A stretch of 59,215 nucleotides of DNA, filler included, from Dimargaris cristalligena (Eukaryota): NCBI GenBank assembly GCA_003614675.1. It is 6 parts of 6 records of this genome, joined end to end, with 100 filler letters (N's around TTAATTAATTAA, not from the genome) between each part and the next. Parts side by side here need not be neighbours in the genome. Positions count along the whole stretch, not along the records: positions 29,696 to 39,479 come from ML003232.1; positions 39,580 to 49,356 come from ML003233.1; 4 more parts are not named here. The stretch is one strand, 5' to 3'. A program made the translations under genes and the position numbers. Below are positions 34,885-46,958 of the stretch, piece by piece. The notes below the pieces were generated by a model. The model was not told the origin of the DNA and made no database searches. It worked only from the letters and a program-made list of their open reading frames with translations. Each line of letters opens with the position of its first letter. Position 1 is the first letter of the stretch.

Positions 34885-37800
34885 ATGTCCGACCCTGACC
34901 ACCCCACCGATAGACCAGCTGAAACGGACGAACAAACCCCGCTTAACCGCCAGGACAGTCATCCTCATCCCACTGGCGCTAGGTTCGTCGCTGAATTCCA
35001 GCCTCAGGTGTCGTTTGCCCCGGTGTCACGGGAGACCTCCTACCACCCTGTTCCAACCACTGGCGTGACCTTTCGGGACGACCAGAGTACTGCAGAGTCG
35101 CTGAGCGATAGACACACCCTTCTAAGCGATGCTTCCACCACTCCTCGGATGGGTGTAGGTGACCTGCCGTCCCAAGCCAAGTTCGAGGGTGTAAAGAAAG
35201 CACCTCTCCTCGACCATCAGCCTGGCGGTGTCTTCGTTTACGAAAAGTCCGGCCTCTCGAAACCCCTCCCGACTGAAACCACCAAAAGTAAGGCTAAGGG
35301 TTCCAAGGAGATTACCATCACGGAGCACCTCCTGACTCTCGACCAGGTATGCAGCCGACACAGTACTTCGGCCAACTCCCACCAACCCGGTCAAAGCCGG
35401 GGTCTCGACACCGAATCTGCGGCCCAGCGACTCAAGGAGAACGGTCCCAATATCCTGACGCCGCCCAAGAAGAAACACTGGATTTTTAGCTACCTAGAGC
35501 ACTTGGGTAGTTTGTTCAATCTGCTCTTGATCCTGGCTGGTGTCTTGGACTTTATCTTGCTCGGTATTGACCCCGAAGGCAATCACGCCAACATTTACCT
35601 CGGTGCTATTCTCATCGCTGTGGCCTTCCTCAACGCCTTCATCGAATTTTATCAGCTGCAGAAGTCACAGAAGATTCTGGAGTCCTTCTTGAATATGATC
35701 CCCCAAAAATGTCATGTCATTCGCGAGGGCCGACTGGCCCAAATCTCGGCTGCCGACCTTGTGCTGGGCGACGTCGTGTACGTAAACCAGGGCGACAAGG
35801 TACCCGCTGATCTTTACATTTTTGCGTCTAACGAGCTCAAAGTCGACAATTCGAGTCTAACTGGTGAGTCGGAACCCCAGTCCCGTTTCCCTGGCAACGA
35901 GGCTTCCAACTGTCTGGAGGCCACCAACCTGGTTTTCAACGGCACTTTGGCCGTGGGTGGCGAAGGCTATGGCATAGTCATTTGCACCGGTGACAATACC
36001 GTTCTGGGCCAAATCGCCGGACTCACTGCGGGTGAGGAAAAAAACCCCAGTCCCCTGTCGGTCGAAATCGACCACTTTGTCAAGATTATCGCCGCCATCG
36101 CCATTCTTACCGCCATCATTTTCTTCGTGCTGTGCATCGCCATGTACGGCAAGGCCTCCTTTGCCATTAACTTTGCCATTGGTATCTTCGTCGCCTGGGT
36201 CCCCCAGGGTCTGATGGCCACCGTCACCATGCTTCTGACCATTGCCGCTAAGCGTTTAACCAAACACAACGTGCTCGTCAAGGATCTGCAGGGTGTCGAA
36301 ACTCTGGGTGCCATCACTCTATTGGCCACCGATAAGACCGGTACCTTGACTCGTAACCAAATGACCGTCACTAATATTTGGACCGGCCTGAGATTGTACA
36401 CAACCACCCGCAACAACCTGGACCGAGGTGAGTCCATCAGTCTCGACGGCCCTGGTATTCTGGAGATTCTGCACATCTCCTCCCTGTGTGCCAAGGCCAA
36501 GTTTGACCGCACTGATATTCCCATCGAAAAGCGCCAAATCCTGGGCGATGCCACGGAGTCCGGGTTGGTCCGGTTCGTTGCCCAAACTCTGCCCGACTTC
36601 GATGAACTGGCCGACCACTACCCCAAGGCGTTCGAAATCCCTTTCAACTCCGAGAACAAGTGGCACATGACCATCCACCAAAAGGCCCACCCCACCGGCA
36701 AGCTAACTCTCTATATCAAAGGTGCCCCTGAACGAGTGCTGCGCCTCTGCTCCACGATTCTAGTGGATGGACATGCGATCCCCATGACCGACCACCACCG
36801 GGACCAATTCCAGCTAACCTACGAATACATGGCCGGCCTGGGTCATCGAGTCCTGGCCTTTGCCCAACTGCTACTCCCAGGCGATCAGTACCCTGCGAAC
36901 TTCCCCTTCCGACGCGAGGGGAAGCAGTATCCCACGGAAAACTTCTGCTTTGTGGGCCTGGCCTCATTAGAAGACCCCCCGAAACATGGTGTCCGGGAGG
37001 CCATTGGACGCTGCCGAGTCGCAGGTATCCAGGTGATGATGGTGACTGGTGATCACCCTCTGACTGCTGAGGCCATCGGTCGGAAAATCAACCTGATGAT
37101 CTCCGAAACCAAGGCACAGGTGGCCCAGCGGACAGGGGTCCTAATCGACTCCGTCCAAGAGCACGAGTATTCGGCCATCGTTATCCACGGCGAATCCATC
37201 GACTCCCTTACCGACCGTGATTGGGATCTCATCTTCTCCAAGAGTGAAATTATTTTTGCTCGTACATCGCCCAAGCATAAGCTGGAAATCGTCAAGCGGG
37301 CCCAGGCCATGGGCCACATTGTCGGGGTCACCGGTGATGGCGTGAACGACTCCCCTGCTCTGAAGAAGGCCGATCTAGGTATCGCTATGAATCAGTCTGG
37401 TTCGGATGTGTCCAAGGAAGCCGCTGCCATGATTCTACTCGACGACAACTTTGCCTCGATTGTTAAGGGGATTGAGGAGGGCCGTCTCATCTTCACCAAT
37501 CTAAAGAAGAGTATTCAATACACCGTCACCCATAGTACCCCCGAGGTGATCCCTAACCTGCTCTACATTATCGTGCCCCTACCGCTCCCCATATCTGCTA
37601 TTCTGGTTTTGGCCATCGATTTGGGTTTTGAACTGTTCATCGCCTTAACCTTCGCTTGGGAACCCCCGGAAAGTGAGAGTAGTTTGATGAAATTACCCCC
37701 GCGCCGGCCTGTGACCTTTGAATCGTTGACCCGCTTCCGAGCCCGGATGGCCCGCCGTCCCCAACCAGCTGTTGACCCTGAAACGGGCGAACCAATCGAA

Positions 37801-38502
37801 CCAACTTTGGTTCGCCGTGTCCTTACCACGCTTGGTCGGCCCTTTACGCGCAACTTCTGGCTGGACTTTTTCGAAAAACAAGACGGCGAGGTTCTAGTCG
37901 ACGGCAATTTGCTCTCCTGGGCCTACCTGGAAGTGGGTACCATTGAAGCGGTGGCCTGTACAACCACCTACCTGCTGGTACTTTACAAATTCGGTATCAC
38001 CCCGGCCATTGCGCGACTCATGGCCAAAGACGGAATCTATTTCACCGAGACCTCACCGGTCTACGAAAACGCGGAAGCTAACCTTCATCTGACGGGGGCT
38101 GAGCAGTATAGGGCCCTCGGCGAGGCCCAGTCGGCCTTTTACCTCTCCGTCATGATTACCCAAATATTCAATTTGTTCGCGTGCAAAACCCGACTGCGCC
38201 TACCCCTGGGCCGAATTGTGTTGCGCAACCGGGCCACCTTTATCGGTATTTTCGGCGGCGTTGCCCTGGCTATGCTGGTGGTTTACGTGCCCCCCTTCAA
38301 CTACGTGTTCCTCAGCAACTACCACCTCTCCCCCATCTATTGGTTGGTACCCATGGCGTTTGGCTTCGTCATTATCATCTACGCTTGTCTGCGCATGTTA
38401 GTTCTGCGCTACATTAGACCAATCAAATGGTCCCCTGAGATCTCGGGCCTGCAGATGTATCCCACTGTTTGGTCTCAGCGCAGCGCCAACCGCGCCATAT
38501 GA
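34885..38502 (+). CDS. P-type ATPase, P2C (Na+/K+ / H+/K+ alpha-subunit-like), single coding exon
   Basis: Motifs: KVDNSSLTGESEPQ, DKTGTLT, GDATESGL, EIPFNS, KGAPERVL, MVTGDHPLTA, TGDGVNDSPALKKAD, MILLDDNFASIV...EEGRLIF.NLKKSI. Confidence 0.95.
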   Translation: MSDPDHPTDRPAETDEQTPLNRQDSHPHPTGARFVAEFQPQVSFAPVSRETSYHPVPTTGVTFRDDQSTAESLSDRHTLLSDASTTPRMGVGDLPSQAKFEGVKKAPLLDHQPGGVFVYEKSGLSKPLPTETTKSKAKGSKEITITEHLLTLDQVCSRHSTSANSHQPGQSRGLDTESAAQRLKENGPNILTPPKKKHWIFSYLEHLGSLFNLLLILAGVLDFILLGIDPEGNHANIYLGAILIAVAFLNAFIEFYQLQKSQKILESFLNMIPQKCHVIREGRLAQISAADLVLGDVVYVNQGDKVPADLYIFASNELKVDNSSLTGESEPQSRFPGNEASNCLEATNLVFNGTLAVGGEGYGIVICTGDNTVLGQIAGLTAGEEKNPSPLSVEIDHFVKIIAAIAILTAIIFFVLCIAMYGKASFAINFAIGIFVAWVPQGLMATVTMLLTIAAKRLTKHNVLVKDLQGVETLGAITLLATDKTGTLTRNQMTVTNIWTGLRLYTTTRNNLDRGESISLDGPGILEILHISSLCAKAKFDRTDIPIEKRQILGDATESGLVRFVAQTLPDFDELADHYPKAFEIPFNSENKWHMTIHQKAHPTGKLTLYIKGAPERVLRLCSTILVDGHAIPMTDHHRDQFQLTYEYMAGLGHRVLAFAQLLLPGDQYPANFPFRREGKQYPTENFCFVGLASLEDPPKHGVREAIGRCRVAGIQVMMVTGDHPLTAEAIGRKINLMISETKAQVAQRTGVLIDSVQEHEYSAIVIHGESIDSLTDRDWDLIFSKSEIIFARTSPKHKLEIVKRAQAMGHIVGVTGDGVNDSPALKKADLGIAMNQSGSDVSKEAAAMILLDDNFASIVKGIEEGRLIFTNLKKSIQYTVTHSTPEVIPNLLYIIVPLPLPISAILVLAIDLGFELFIALTFAWEPPESESSLMKLPPRRPVTFESLTRFRARMARRPQPAVDPETGEPIEPTLVRRVLTTLGRPFTRNFWLDFFEKQDGEVLVDGNLLSWAYLEVGTIEAVACTTTYLLVLYKFGITPAIARLMAKDGIYFTETSPVYENAEANLHLTGAEQYRALGEAQSAFYLSVMITQIFNLFACKTRLRLPLGRIVLRNRATFIGIFGGVALAMLVVYVPPFNYVFLSNYHLSPIYWLVPMAFGFVIIIYACLRMLVLRYIRPIKWSPEISGLQMYPTVWSQRSANRAI

Positions 38503-39479
38503 CAGTAATTTGTCCAATCCCCCTATCTGTGACCCGAGGAGTGCATCGTTGTTTTTAAATGGCATATGGCCAATTTTAGTGTTTACCAGTCCTCCATCCC
38601 CGCTCGTCATTAGTTTTGTTGCCGTCCGTTAGTATTAGCTACCTTTTTTTAAGTTTTAAATATATTTATACAAATGCTAATAAAATATTTGACTATTTTA
38701 ATTATTTATCCGGTAGTATATCAATACCATGTGTGGTTCACTTCACTATGAGACTGGTCCCAATGGCCGGAAGAGACCAGAGGAACCTACCTGTAAGAAC
38801 CAGCTATGGACCTCTGTCCATGAACAACCCACTTTAAGAATTAATTACAGTTGGTGAATTGCAGTTAGCTTTGTATATGTGTTAGCATTGCTAGCTACTT
38901 ATTTATATTTGACTAACTACTCATTTTTAGACTAGGTCATGTCTTTAAGGGGTGTTTCCATTTCCACACCAATGTATGGCGTTTTACTTTATACCCAATC
39001 TTATACTGTTATGTTGTACCAGCACTATCACCATTATTATATTGAATCACCTAGCTACCTTGTAATTTCGCTGTAGTTAGATACCTACTACTACTGTACG
39101 CCCTACTATCTGCAACATTTCCAAATACATTTTTTTGCTATTGGGTTGAGATGAATATTGCAGTTAGAAGTATTCTGGGTATATACGCCTGGGCACCCCT
39201 CTCCTTTCGCCTACCGGTTCCAACGATACCAAACTTGGGTTAGACAACCACATTACTATATGACCTTTTAGTAGCATCTACGGTTTATATTGTATCATCT
39301 GATACCATAGCATTTTACCCAACATTTTTGAATCAATTATTTCCAGTAACTGCTGAGAATATGAGCTATATTCAGCATCTACTTCTCTCCTAAACAAGTC
39401 TAGCTTGTATGGATTGTGTCGCCCCTCCTAATCCGTCCTAATCCAACCGATATGACCGCCATCATATCAGGCCGTATAG

Positions 39480-39579
39480 NNNNNNNNNNNNNNNNNNNNN
39501 NNNNNNNNNNNNNNNNNNNNNNNTTAATTAATTAANNNNNNNNNNNNNNNNNNNNNNNNNNNNNNNNNNNNNNNNNNNN
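39480..39579. other. Artificial contig spacer
   Basis: N44-TTAATTAATTAA-N44. Confidence 0.97.
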
Positions 39580-40051
39580 AGTTAATAAATAGTTTATTAA
39601 ACATATTATACTTTCAGTCGTTGTCATTTTAACCAACTCGTATATACTATGCCCCGCCCGGGGGCTTAAAATCGAACAGAAATATAGAAAGGCTAGTATT
39701 GGATTAAATTTGACCAAATGAGCCAGGTGACCCCGGTAAACAAAGTAGTGATGAGAAAAAAGAAGTATATATAGCACCCAATGGCAAAATCATTCAATCT
39801 TACGAATTAACCATGTCGCGTATTTTTGTTGATTTTGACGTTATTCGACTTCATGACAGGCACGACAATCAACATCACAGGGTGAAATAATATATATATA
39901 TATATATATATATAATAAATATGATTGAATCCTAGACTCGTCCAAGGACATTGTCATAATAGCAAACGGAGTAGTGAAAATTATCCAAAATAAATTAAGA
40001 TTATATTTTTGTTAGACACCATCTCCCGATGACACTGATCTGGGTACCGAG

Positions 40052-43000
40052 CTAGCCGAAAAGCATACGCAGCTCCTTCAATTTCTGACGACGCTGATGA
40101 CTAACGTTTGCCCCGTGCAATATCCCGTCTGGATCCACCGAATCGGCAGCGGTAGCCTGGGTACCCCCGCCGGCCATTGGCGTATTCAGGGCTATCCCAA
40201 TGAGCTGGTGTTTAGATTGCTGAATTTCTAACATCCGCTCCTCCACGGAGCCCTTGACGATAAAACGTACTACATCAACGGGCCGACTTTGGCCCAGGCG
40301 ATACACTCGGTCAATAGCCTGTGATTCGATGGCCGTGTTCCACCAAGGATCCATTAAAAACACCCGGCTGGCACAGGTCAGGTTTAGCCCTGTACCGCCA
40401 GCACGTAGACTTAGCAGAAATACGGTACAGTTGGGGTCGTTTTTAAAAGTATGGAGCACCCGTTCCCGCTGGACGTGGCTCAGTGAACCATCCAGGAGGA
40501 CAAATTGAATACCCTCGGCAGTAAGTGCCCGAACCAACACTTGAAGAAAGGAGGTAAACTGCGAAAATACCACTGATTTGCGGGAGGGGTCCGCTTGGAC
40601 CTGGTGTTTAAGGTAGGTAAGTAAAGACTCGAGCTTGGCGGACGAAGTGCAGTCGATTCCATTGACAAATTCCCGCGTCAAACACGGTTCTTCCACGGAG
40701 CGGTGGGGCGAAATGACCGCCCGCATGCTGGTAAACACGCTCAAGGGGCGCTGGGACTGGCCGGTTCCGCCCTCCAGATCGTCCTCCGGTAAGCTATACT
40801 GGGCCAATAGGAGGGTATACTCCTCCGAGTCGAGGTTCATGCGAATGACCTTGATTACGCGATGCACGGATCCGCTGACAATAGGCTCAAAGCGACAAAG
40901 TGGGCATCTGTTTGGAAGGAGAAGTAGGCAGGCAAAATATCAAAAGCCGGTTGGTTAGCATCAACTGACCTAACCATGCGCATAAGCCAGAGTGTCACAC
41001 GGGGGTAAGAGGCGGGTCATTCATTGGGACAGACCAGAATTGTTAAATATAGGACAGGGAGGTCGCCCAGCACTACGAACGACCGAAACATTCCCTGGTT
41101 AATTTTGCGTATTTACCTCTTGGAGAGACCGCTGTCGCCTTGGCGCTCGCAGTACTCAGCCCAACATGTGACACAGACAATATGGTGACATGGCAATAGT
41201 ATCGACGAACTGGTTGAGGCATCCTCAGGTCGAGTAGAGTCATCGCCTGGATCATCAGCCGCGACAGGCTGATCACTCTCCGCTTCCTCCCGCTGATACG
41301 TGAGCGATTCGAAACACACTGGGCATTCCGTGGACAGCTCAATGGTTGGAGTAACCGTAGAGCTGCCATATAATTTTTGCTTATCAAGGACCTCGGTTAC
41401 GGTATCGTCAGCCCAACCCGGTAACGGCGGGGCATTGAATGGAACACCTTGGTCTCTCCCCGGGCTATCCACAATGGCCCCCGCCCGTTCCAAATTATCC
41501 ACCAAGAGTTGGGGATGGCAGCAGCCCAATCGTAGTCGGGACAGAAGCTGGAAAATATGGGCATAGTTCCTCCAAAGCATGCCCTGGGCGCACAAGTTAC
41601 CGAACTTGCGCTTTGAATCGGTTTGAACCGCGGCATACAGAGCCTGTTCGGTCTCCGATAACGTCACGTACTGAATCTCACGGCAAATCGGAGGCATGAC
41701 CACCAGGGGTTTGCCCGATGGCAGGATTAGATTCTTGGTTCGGCGTAGTAAAGTCTGGCGCAGAATGGACCGGAGAATCCGGAAGGCATGCTCGGCATCT
41801 TTCTGGAGAATGGCCAATTGGGCGACATTAAGGGGTTGTTTGGCGTGCTGATTTTTTTGAATCGGATCACTAATGGTCGTTTTCCACACGAGCGTCCGGC
41901 ACCACGGTTCAAAGCGTAAAAAGCAGAGCAGAGAAAAGTAATCGTCAAGCCGGTTCGTAATTGGGGTACCCGTTACCGCCCAACGTCGCGTGGCTTGGAT
42001 GGTGTCGCAGGCCTTGAAGGTCTTGGTGTTACGGGATTTAATCGTATGGGCTTCATCTAGGACGATGCGGTGAAAGCGATAGCGAAAAATTGAACGGCAG
42101 TTTGATTTGCCGACGGCCCCCTCTCCATTCCACTGCATATAGTCGGCCAAAAGGGTGTTGTAGGAGGTGATCAGAATCAACGGACCCTTCGAGGCGTGAC
42201 GGTCGGGATCCTGTAAAAATGACAGATTGCGCGAGGGACCATAGTAGATATCGACCTGTATGCTACCGGGTTGGCTAAATAGCTTAGCCTCGTCACGCCA
42301 TTGTGACATTAAGGACATGGGACAGACGATTAAAGTGGCCGGGGTTTCGATTAAATCCGGGCCAATTGAGGGATCAGTATGAGGTAAGGGAGGCTGGCTA
42401 GGGGCTAGATGTGTATCGCCCGGCTGGAAAGTGGCATGGATTAGGGACAGGACTTCAATAGTCTTCCCCAGACCCATTTCTATACAAGAATACAAATACA
42501 TTCAAGGTGATTATTAGTACGGTGGTCAGGCCCGAGAAAATTAGTGGAGTGAGTAGTCTAATTATGCCAAGTTAGCCCCAGTCGACCAGAGCAAGGAAGT
42601 TCAATTGTACATTATAAAAAATGAGCCGCAATGCCTTCACCGTAAATATCAGCTGACAATTGGACCTACCATCGGCTAGGATACCCCCGCAGTAGCGATT
42701 ATTGATTCGAGGGAACTTAAGGGAAAGTTGACCGGTATGCTTATGAAAGTAAAACGGCCTGCCCCGGGTTGATTTTTGATGAATCAAGCTTGATTTTGCA
42801 AAATTATACTGGGTCCATAGGGGATCCATCTGGCACATTTCGGGGGTCTCTGACGCACACGCTGGGTCGTTAGTTGCAGGTGTGGGCTCTGGGCCGGATT
42901 GATTTTCGCGCTTAATGAGCCAGCTCAGGGCCTGCCGTTGGTATCCGTGTAGATTAACGACCATGGTGGTAGGAACAGGGTGCTCAGGAAGATCCAGGGC

Positions 43001-44347
43001 ACCCCCATCAGACTCCGCGTGAGCGTAGATTTGGCCGATGCTGGACGTGGTCAGGTCATTGGGGTCAGAGTCAGGCGCACCGGTGGGATTTGGAGGGGAT
43101 GAACGGCTGGCGGTTCCAGTGGAGCAATCTTGGGCATCATTACCGGTGGTCTGTCCGGCCGCAGGTTCGGATTCATTATCGGAGCTAGAAATCATAATGG
43201 CCCCTGAGGGAGTAATAGTCTCGGGGGAGTCGTCGATCCGGATAGCTGATGTATTGTCATCGAGGCCACATTTACTGAAAAGGCCCGTCAGGGCATTTTT
43301 AATGTCCAGTTGCTGGAGCTCCTGGAGTTCGGACTCTCCCTCACGCGATAGCGTATCCGAATCACTTTTCAGTTCCCCCGTAGGGCTCCAGCGGTTTAAA
43401 TAGTCGGGGTTATCGAACGCCTCGGCCCGTAACCGCACCGTGACTTTCAGTACGATTTCGTCCCCCATTTGCGGCGTTTGTAAATTCGGTACATATAGTA
43501 CATGGGCATCCAGGTCGGCCAACTGGAAATCCAGGAGGGGTGCGATAAACAAGGCGCTATCCTGGCGGATACGGCCCAGTTCCTGGCGCGATCCATCGGC
43601 CAGATAAAACCGAACAATAGTGTTTTGGGATCGACGCACATAATCTTCGGCCCGGGTCGACATTTTCAGCTTGGCCATAACGGCTGCAGCGGCCGTCGAT
43701 GGCGTGCCATTCGGTGGATTAGCCCCGTGGTGCGACGATTTCTTGCCCTTGCGGATTGCCTGGGGGGAAAAGTGCCGTTCAAAGTACACGGATGCCTGGG
43801 CTTGAATCCCTGTGCGCTGCCCTGATGTTAAGTAGCCAATACACATGAGTTCCCCTACAGTTAAATCGGTGGTGTGTGGTGTAGGGGACTCGGAATTTGC
43901 AGTGGAGCAGATAGTTTGGTCATCTCTTGGAACGGCGCTAGACATTGGTAATGGAGAGGGTTTAGGCCGCGTCACGGGCAGCATCTTCCGTTTAGAAGGC
44001 CCTGATCCGACGCTATTTAAAGTAGGCAAGTGCGCCGTCTTGGCCCGTTTTGGGGGTTTAAGCGGGGCCGAAGAAGGGGGGTAACCGGGCTTGGTAAAGA
44101 AATCGGTCATTTTGTTCTGCTGGGTCTGTAAGGGTTGGCGCTGTAATGGTGATACTGGCAATATTGGTCGGACCGGGGGAGCGGGAGGCGTTGTCGACTG
44201 TTGACGATTGTCGAAATAGAGCTCCACGGCTTGACCAAGGTCCCCCTTCGCCAGAATATGTAGGGACCTGAGGGCTGTCAGCGAAAGTCGCTTGCCCAAT
44301 ACGTGGTGGAGGGGCAGCAGTTCGGGGGGAATGGGCGGGCTGGACAT
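40052..44347 (-). CDS. RAD5: Rad5-like SNF2 helicase / RING E3 ligase with HIRAN domain, 3 exons
   Basis: Exons 44347-42670, 42479-41117 and 40907-40052. Splicing restores GGILADEMGLGKT and the RING (CPVC...CHHIVCVTC...CPLC). Other motifs: LDEAH, TGTPITN, FSQFTSFL, SLRAGGTGLNLT, QAIDRVYRLGQ. Confidence 0.92.
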
Positions 44348-44770
44348 TAGTTAATGAGGGTTTTTTTAGGTGAGGGAAAAGAGCAATAAAACAGCTAAAA
44401 GGTTTTGGTGAATGTCCTATACCAACCAATCCAATCCAGCCCAGTAGTGTTGGAGTATCGCGTAAGGTACTGGAGCTTTTGGTGGTCTTTTTTTCTTACT
44501 TTAGTAAACAAAGGGCAAATCGTCAGAGACAGAGGAAGCTTGGCCTCCTGCATGGAAGGGCTCTGTGGTCCAGCCAGCTTTAACTAGGTTAGCAGAACAT
44601 TGCCCCAATAGACCCGGAAAGGAATTCAAAACCGACGGGTCCTCTCTGCGGATTTAAGCCAGCCATATATATAACCTTTTGTAGCTCGAATACGCCTTTT
44701 ACCCACCCGCTCTTCCCTTTCGTCCTTCCATCTTTTCTTAGTTTATTCCACTACTTGACTGCCCCCTGAA

Positions 44771-45370
44771 ATGTTCTTTTGCACCCGCACTGCCACTACC
44801 ACTCGGGCCAGACCGCGCCGCCGGCTCGTCTGCCGGCCCCTGGACCTCCTGTTCTTTATCTACTTCGTCGTCCATATCCCCACCACTGTCCTTATCGATG
44901 CCCAGATTCTCCTCCCCTCCCACTTTTTCCCTGAGGCTCTCCGGGGCTTGCTAGAATACTGGGTGACCATGTCGGGCGATCCCTTCATCCGCCTGGACCA
45001 AGCTGCCCTTGACCCCAGTTTGGTGTGGTACGCCACCTTTGTCGCTGGCGAACTTATCTTCCAACTCCCCTTTTTCTTCTATGCCGCCCTCCAATTATAC
45101 CGAGACTCACCTTGTCTACCCCTCCCCCTGGCCATTTACGGTGCCCACGTCAGCACCACCGTCGCTCCTATTCTTGCCTCCGTTTGGTTGGCTGTTCCCC
45201 ACTTGACTATGGACCAGCGGTACATTTTGACGTCCGCCTACGCCCCCTACCTAATAATCCCACTCCTTATGGTCGGCAGTGTCTTGTGCTCAGCTACCTG
45301 GTCAGCTCATAACGGCTGTCCCGTCTCAGGCGCCGGCCAGAAGGTAGTTGAGACTAAGAAAGACTCATAA
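44771..45370 (+). CDS. TMEM97: TMEM97/sigma-2 receptor-like EXPERA-domain membrane protein
   Basis: RPLDLLFFIYFVVHIPTTVLIDAQ, DPF, ELIFQLPFF, IYGAHVSTT, YAPYLIIPLLM, with a KKxx-type ER-retrieval end (TKKDS). Confidence 0.9.
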   Translation: MFFCTRTATTTRARPRRRLVCRPLDLLFFIYFVVHIPTTVLIDAQILLPSHFFPEALRGLLEYWVTMSGDPFIRLDQAALDPSLVWYATFVAGELIFQLPFFFYAALQLYRDSPCLPLPLAIYGAHVSTTVAPILASVWLAVPHLTMDQRYILTSAYAPYLIIPLLMVGSVLCSATWSAHNGCPVSGAGQKVVETKKDS

Positions 45371-46958
45371 AGAGCCTCTTAGATCCAACCCAAAGTAAGG
45401 GTTACTTACTACCAATATACAATTTTACCCTGCCGCCTACTGTTATCAAGTATGACCCTTTTGGGGCGCAATCGTCTCTACCACAGGGTCTAAACTATTT
45501 ACATAAACTCACCGGTCACCACTACCTATTGAAAATACTCCTATTGTAATAAAATTGCCAGATATCTCAGCTGTCGAGGTTTATTCTCGCGACAATGCCG
45601 TAACTAGGCGCATTACATATCGAAGAACATTGGGCAATTCCGAATAAACCTAGTTCTTTAATAGCATTCACTCCCTTGTAATGCCAGTGATGTCTTGGGA
45701 AATGCTCGGGTTTGGCGCGCAGAGTATATTTGGTTAGTATAAGTTGAGGCTGTGTTGGTGACGAGTAGTGACTATTATCTTCTATGATCTGAATCTGCCA
45801 TGCCTGCCCCTTCCCTAGTATCTTGACCATATCACTATTTAGTTTCCACATAATTTGAAGCTGAGGACAATCCTCGTTGGCTGGTCTATGGCAATTGATA
45901 GACTAATACCAATCCTAAGTACGGATACGGCTTTGGGTGGTATGGAAATGATATAGTTGGTAAAATCATTGTAGCCCTAATAAAAGCCCCTCGATTTTAG
46001 GGTATTTTTAGTGAAACATTCGTCTAATCAGGTACAGTGAACATTTTGCCCTGTTGTATATCTATTATAACGGTTACTACATAGGGATGCTACTAAAATC
46101 CCTGGTCAATGTGAAGTACATGACCAATAAAAGGGCAACTTTAAAGGCATTGGGGATATCTTTCTAAAATTACCAATACTGCCAAAAAGTTATGGCACCA
46201 ACTATTCCCAAGTGGTCACCCACCTCAGTACTAAATTGGCTTACACGTACTTAACTTCGCAGATCTAACGGGATACGGTGCTAACACGTGAATATGGCCA
46301 CAACTGAAAAAGCTTAATTTCTTTTATCTTTATTGGCTAATATTTTGTAATTATTGCCCCGACATGCCCTATACTTGGGTGTAGGTACTGGGATATCACA
46401 CACCATTCAAAGTACCTTATCAATATTAATTGCAGCACTATCAAGTATACAGCATGCCCCAGCCGAAACATTCGATGGTTTACTTAAAGGGTAGGGCTAT
46501 TACTTACCACAGCTGAATTAGTGGTTGGGTAGTATTATTTTAGGTGTGTCAAAAGGTCTTACATTTCTAATCAATTCAACTGAAGCTGTCATCTTTTTAT
46601 GTAATTGTATTTCTGGGTTGAATTTATCCTTGCCATATCCACTCAGCCAATTGGGTGTACAAGGTGTATATTTTATAAAGTAATAGTTGCATTCCCACCT
46701 GGGTAGCAGTATATCCTGAGGTAACTCCCTGCACTTAGCTTCTGTATATATTGAGTACAATCTATTCTCTGTTCTTTCAAACTAATTCGGTATTATTACT
46801 AAGACTAGCTATACCTTTTCTCCCACTTGAATACACCGGGCCCTCCCAGTATCACCGCACTATCCTGCATTTTCAGCTTTCAAACGTTAGACCCTGACCT
46901 TTGCCTTCATTTCCGCTACATCGTCTATTTTCCGCATTCTAAATCCACCCAATATAGC

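Noticed and set aside
39889..39913. (TA)n microsatellite, and a (GA)n tract near 23573
   Set aside because: These are ordinary simple repeats with no evidence of function.
40052..44347. RAD5, YSH1, the DHX57-like gene and the MFS gene look split into several ORFs, as if pseudogenes
   Set aside because: Canonical GT-AG introns restore continuous frames and conserved motifs.
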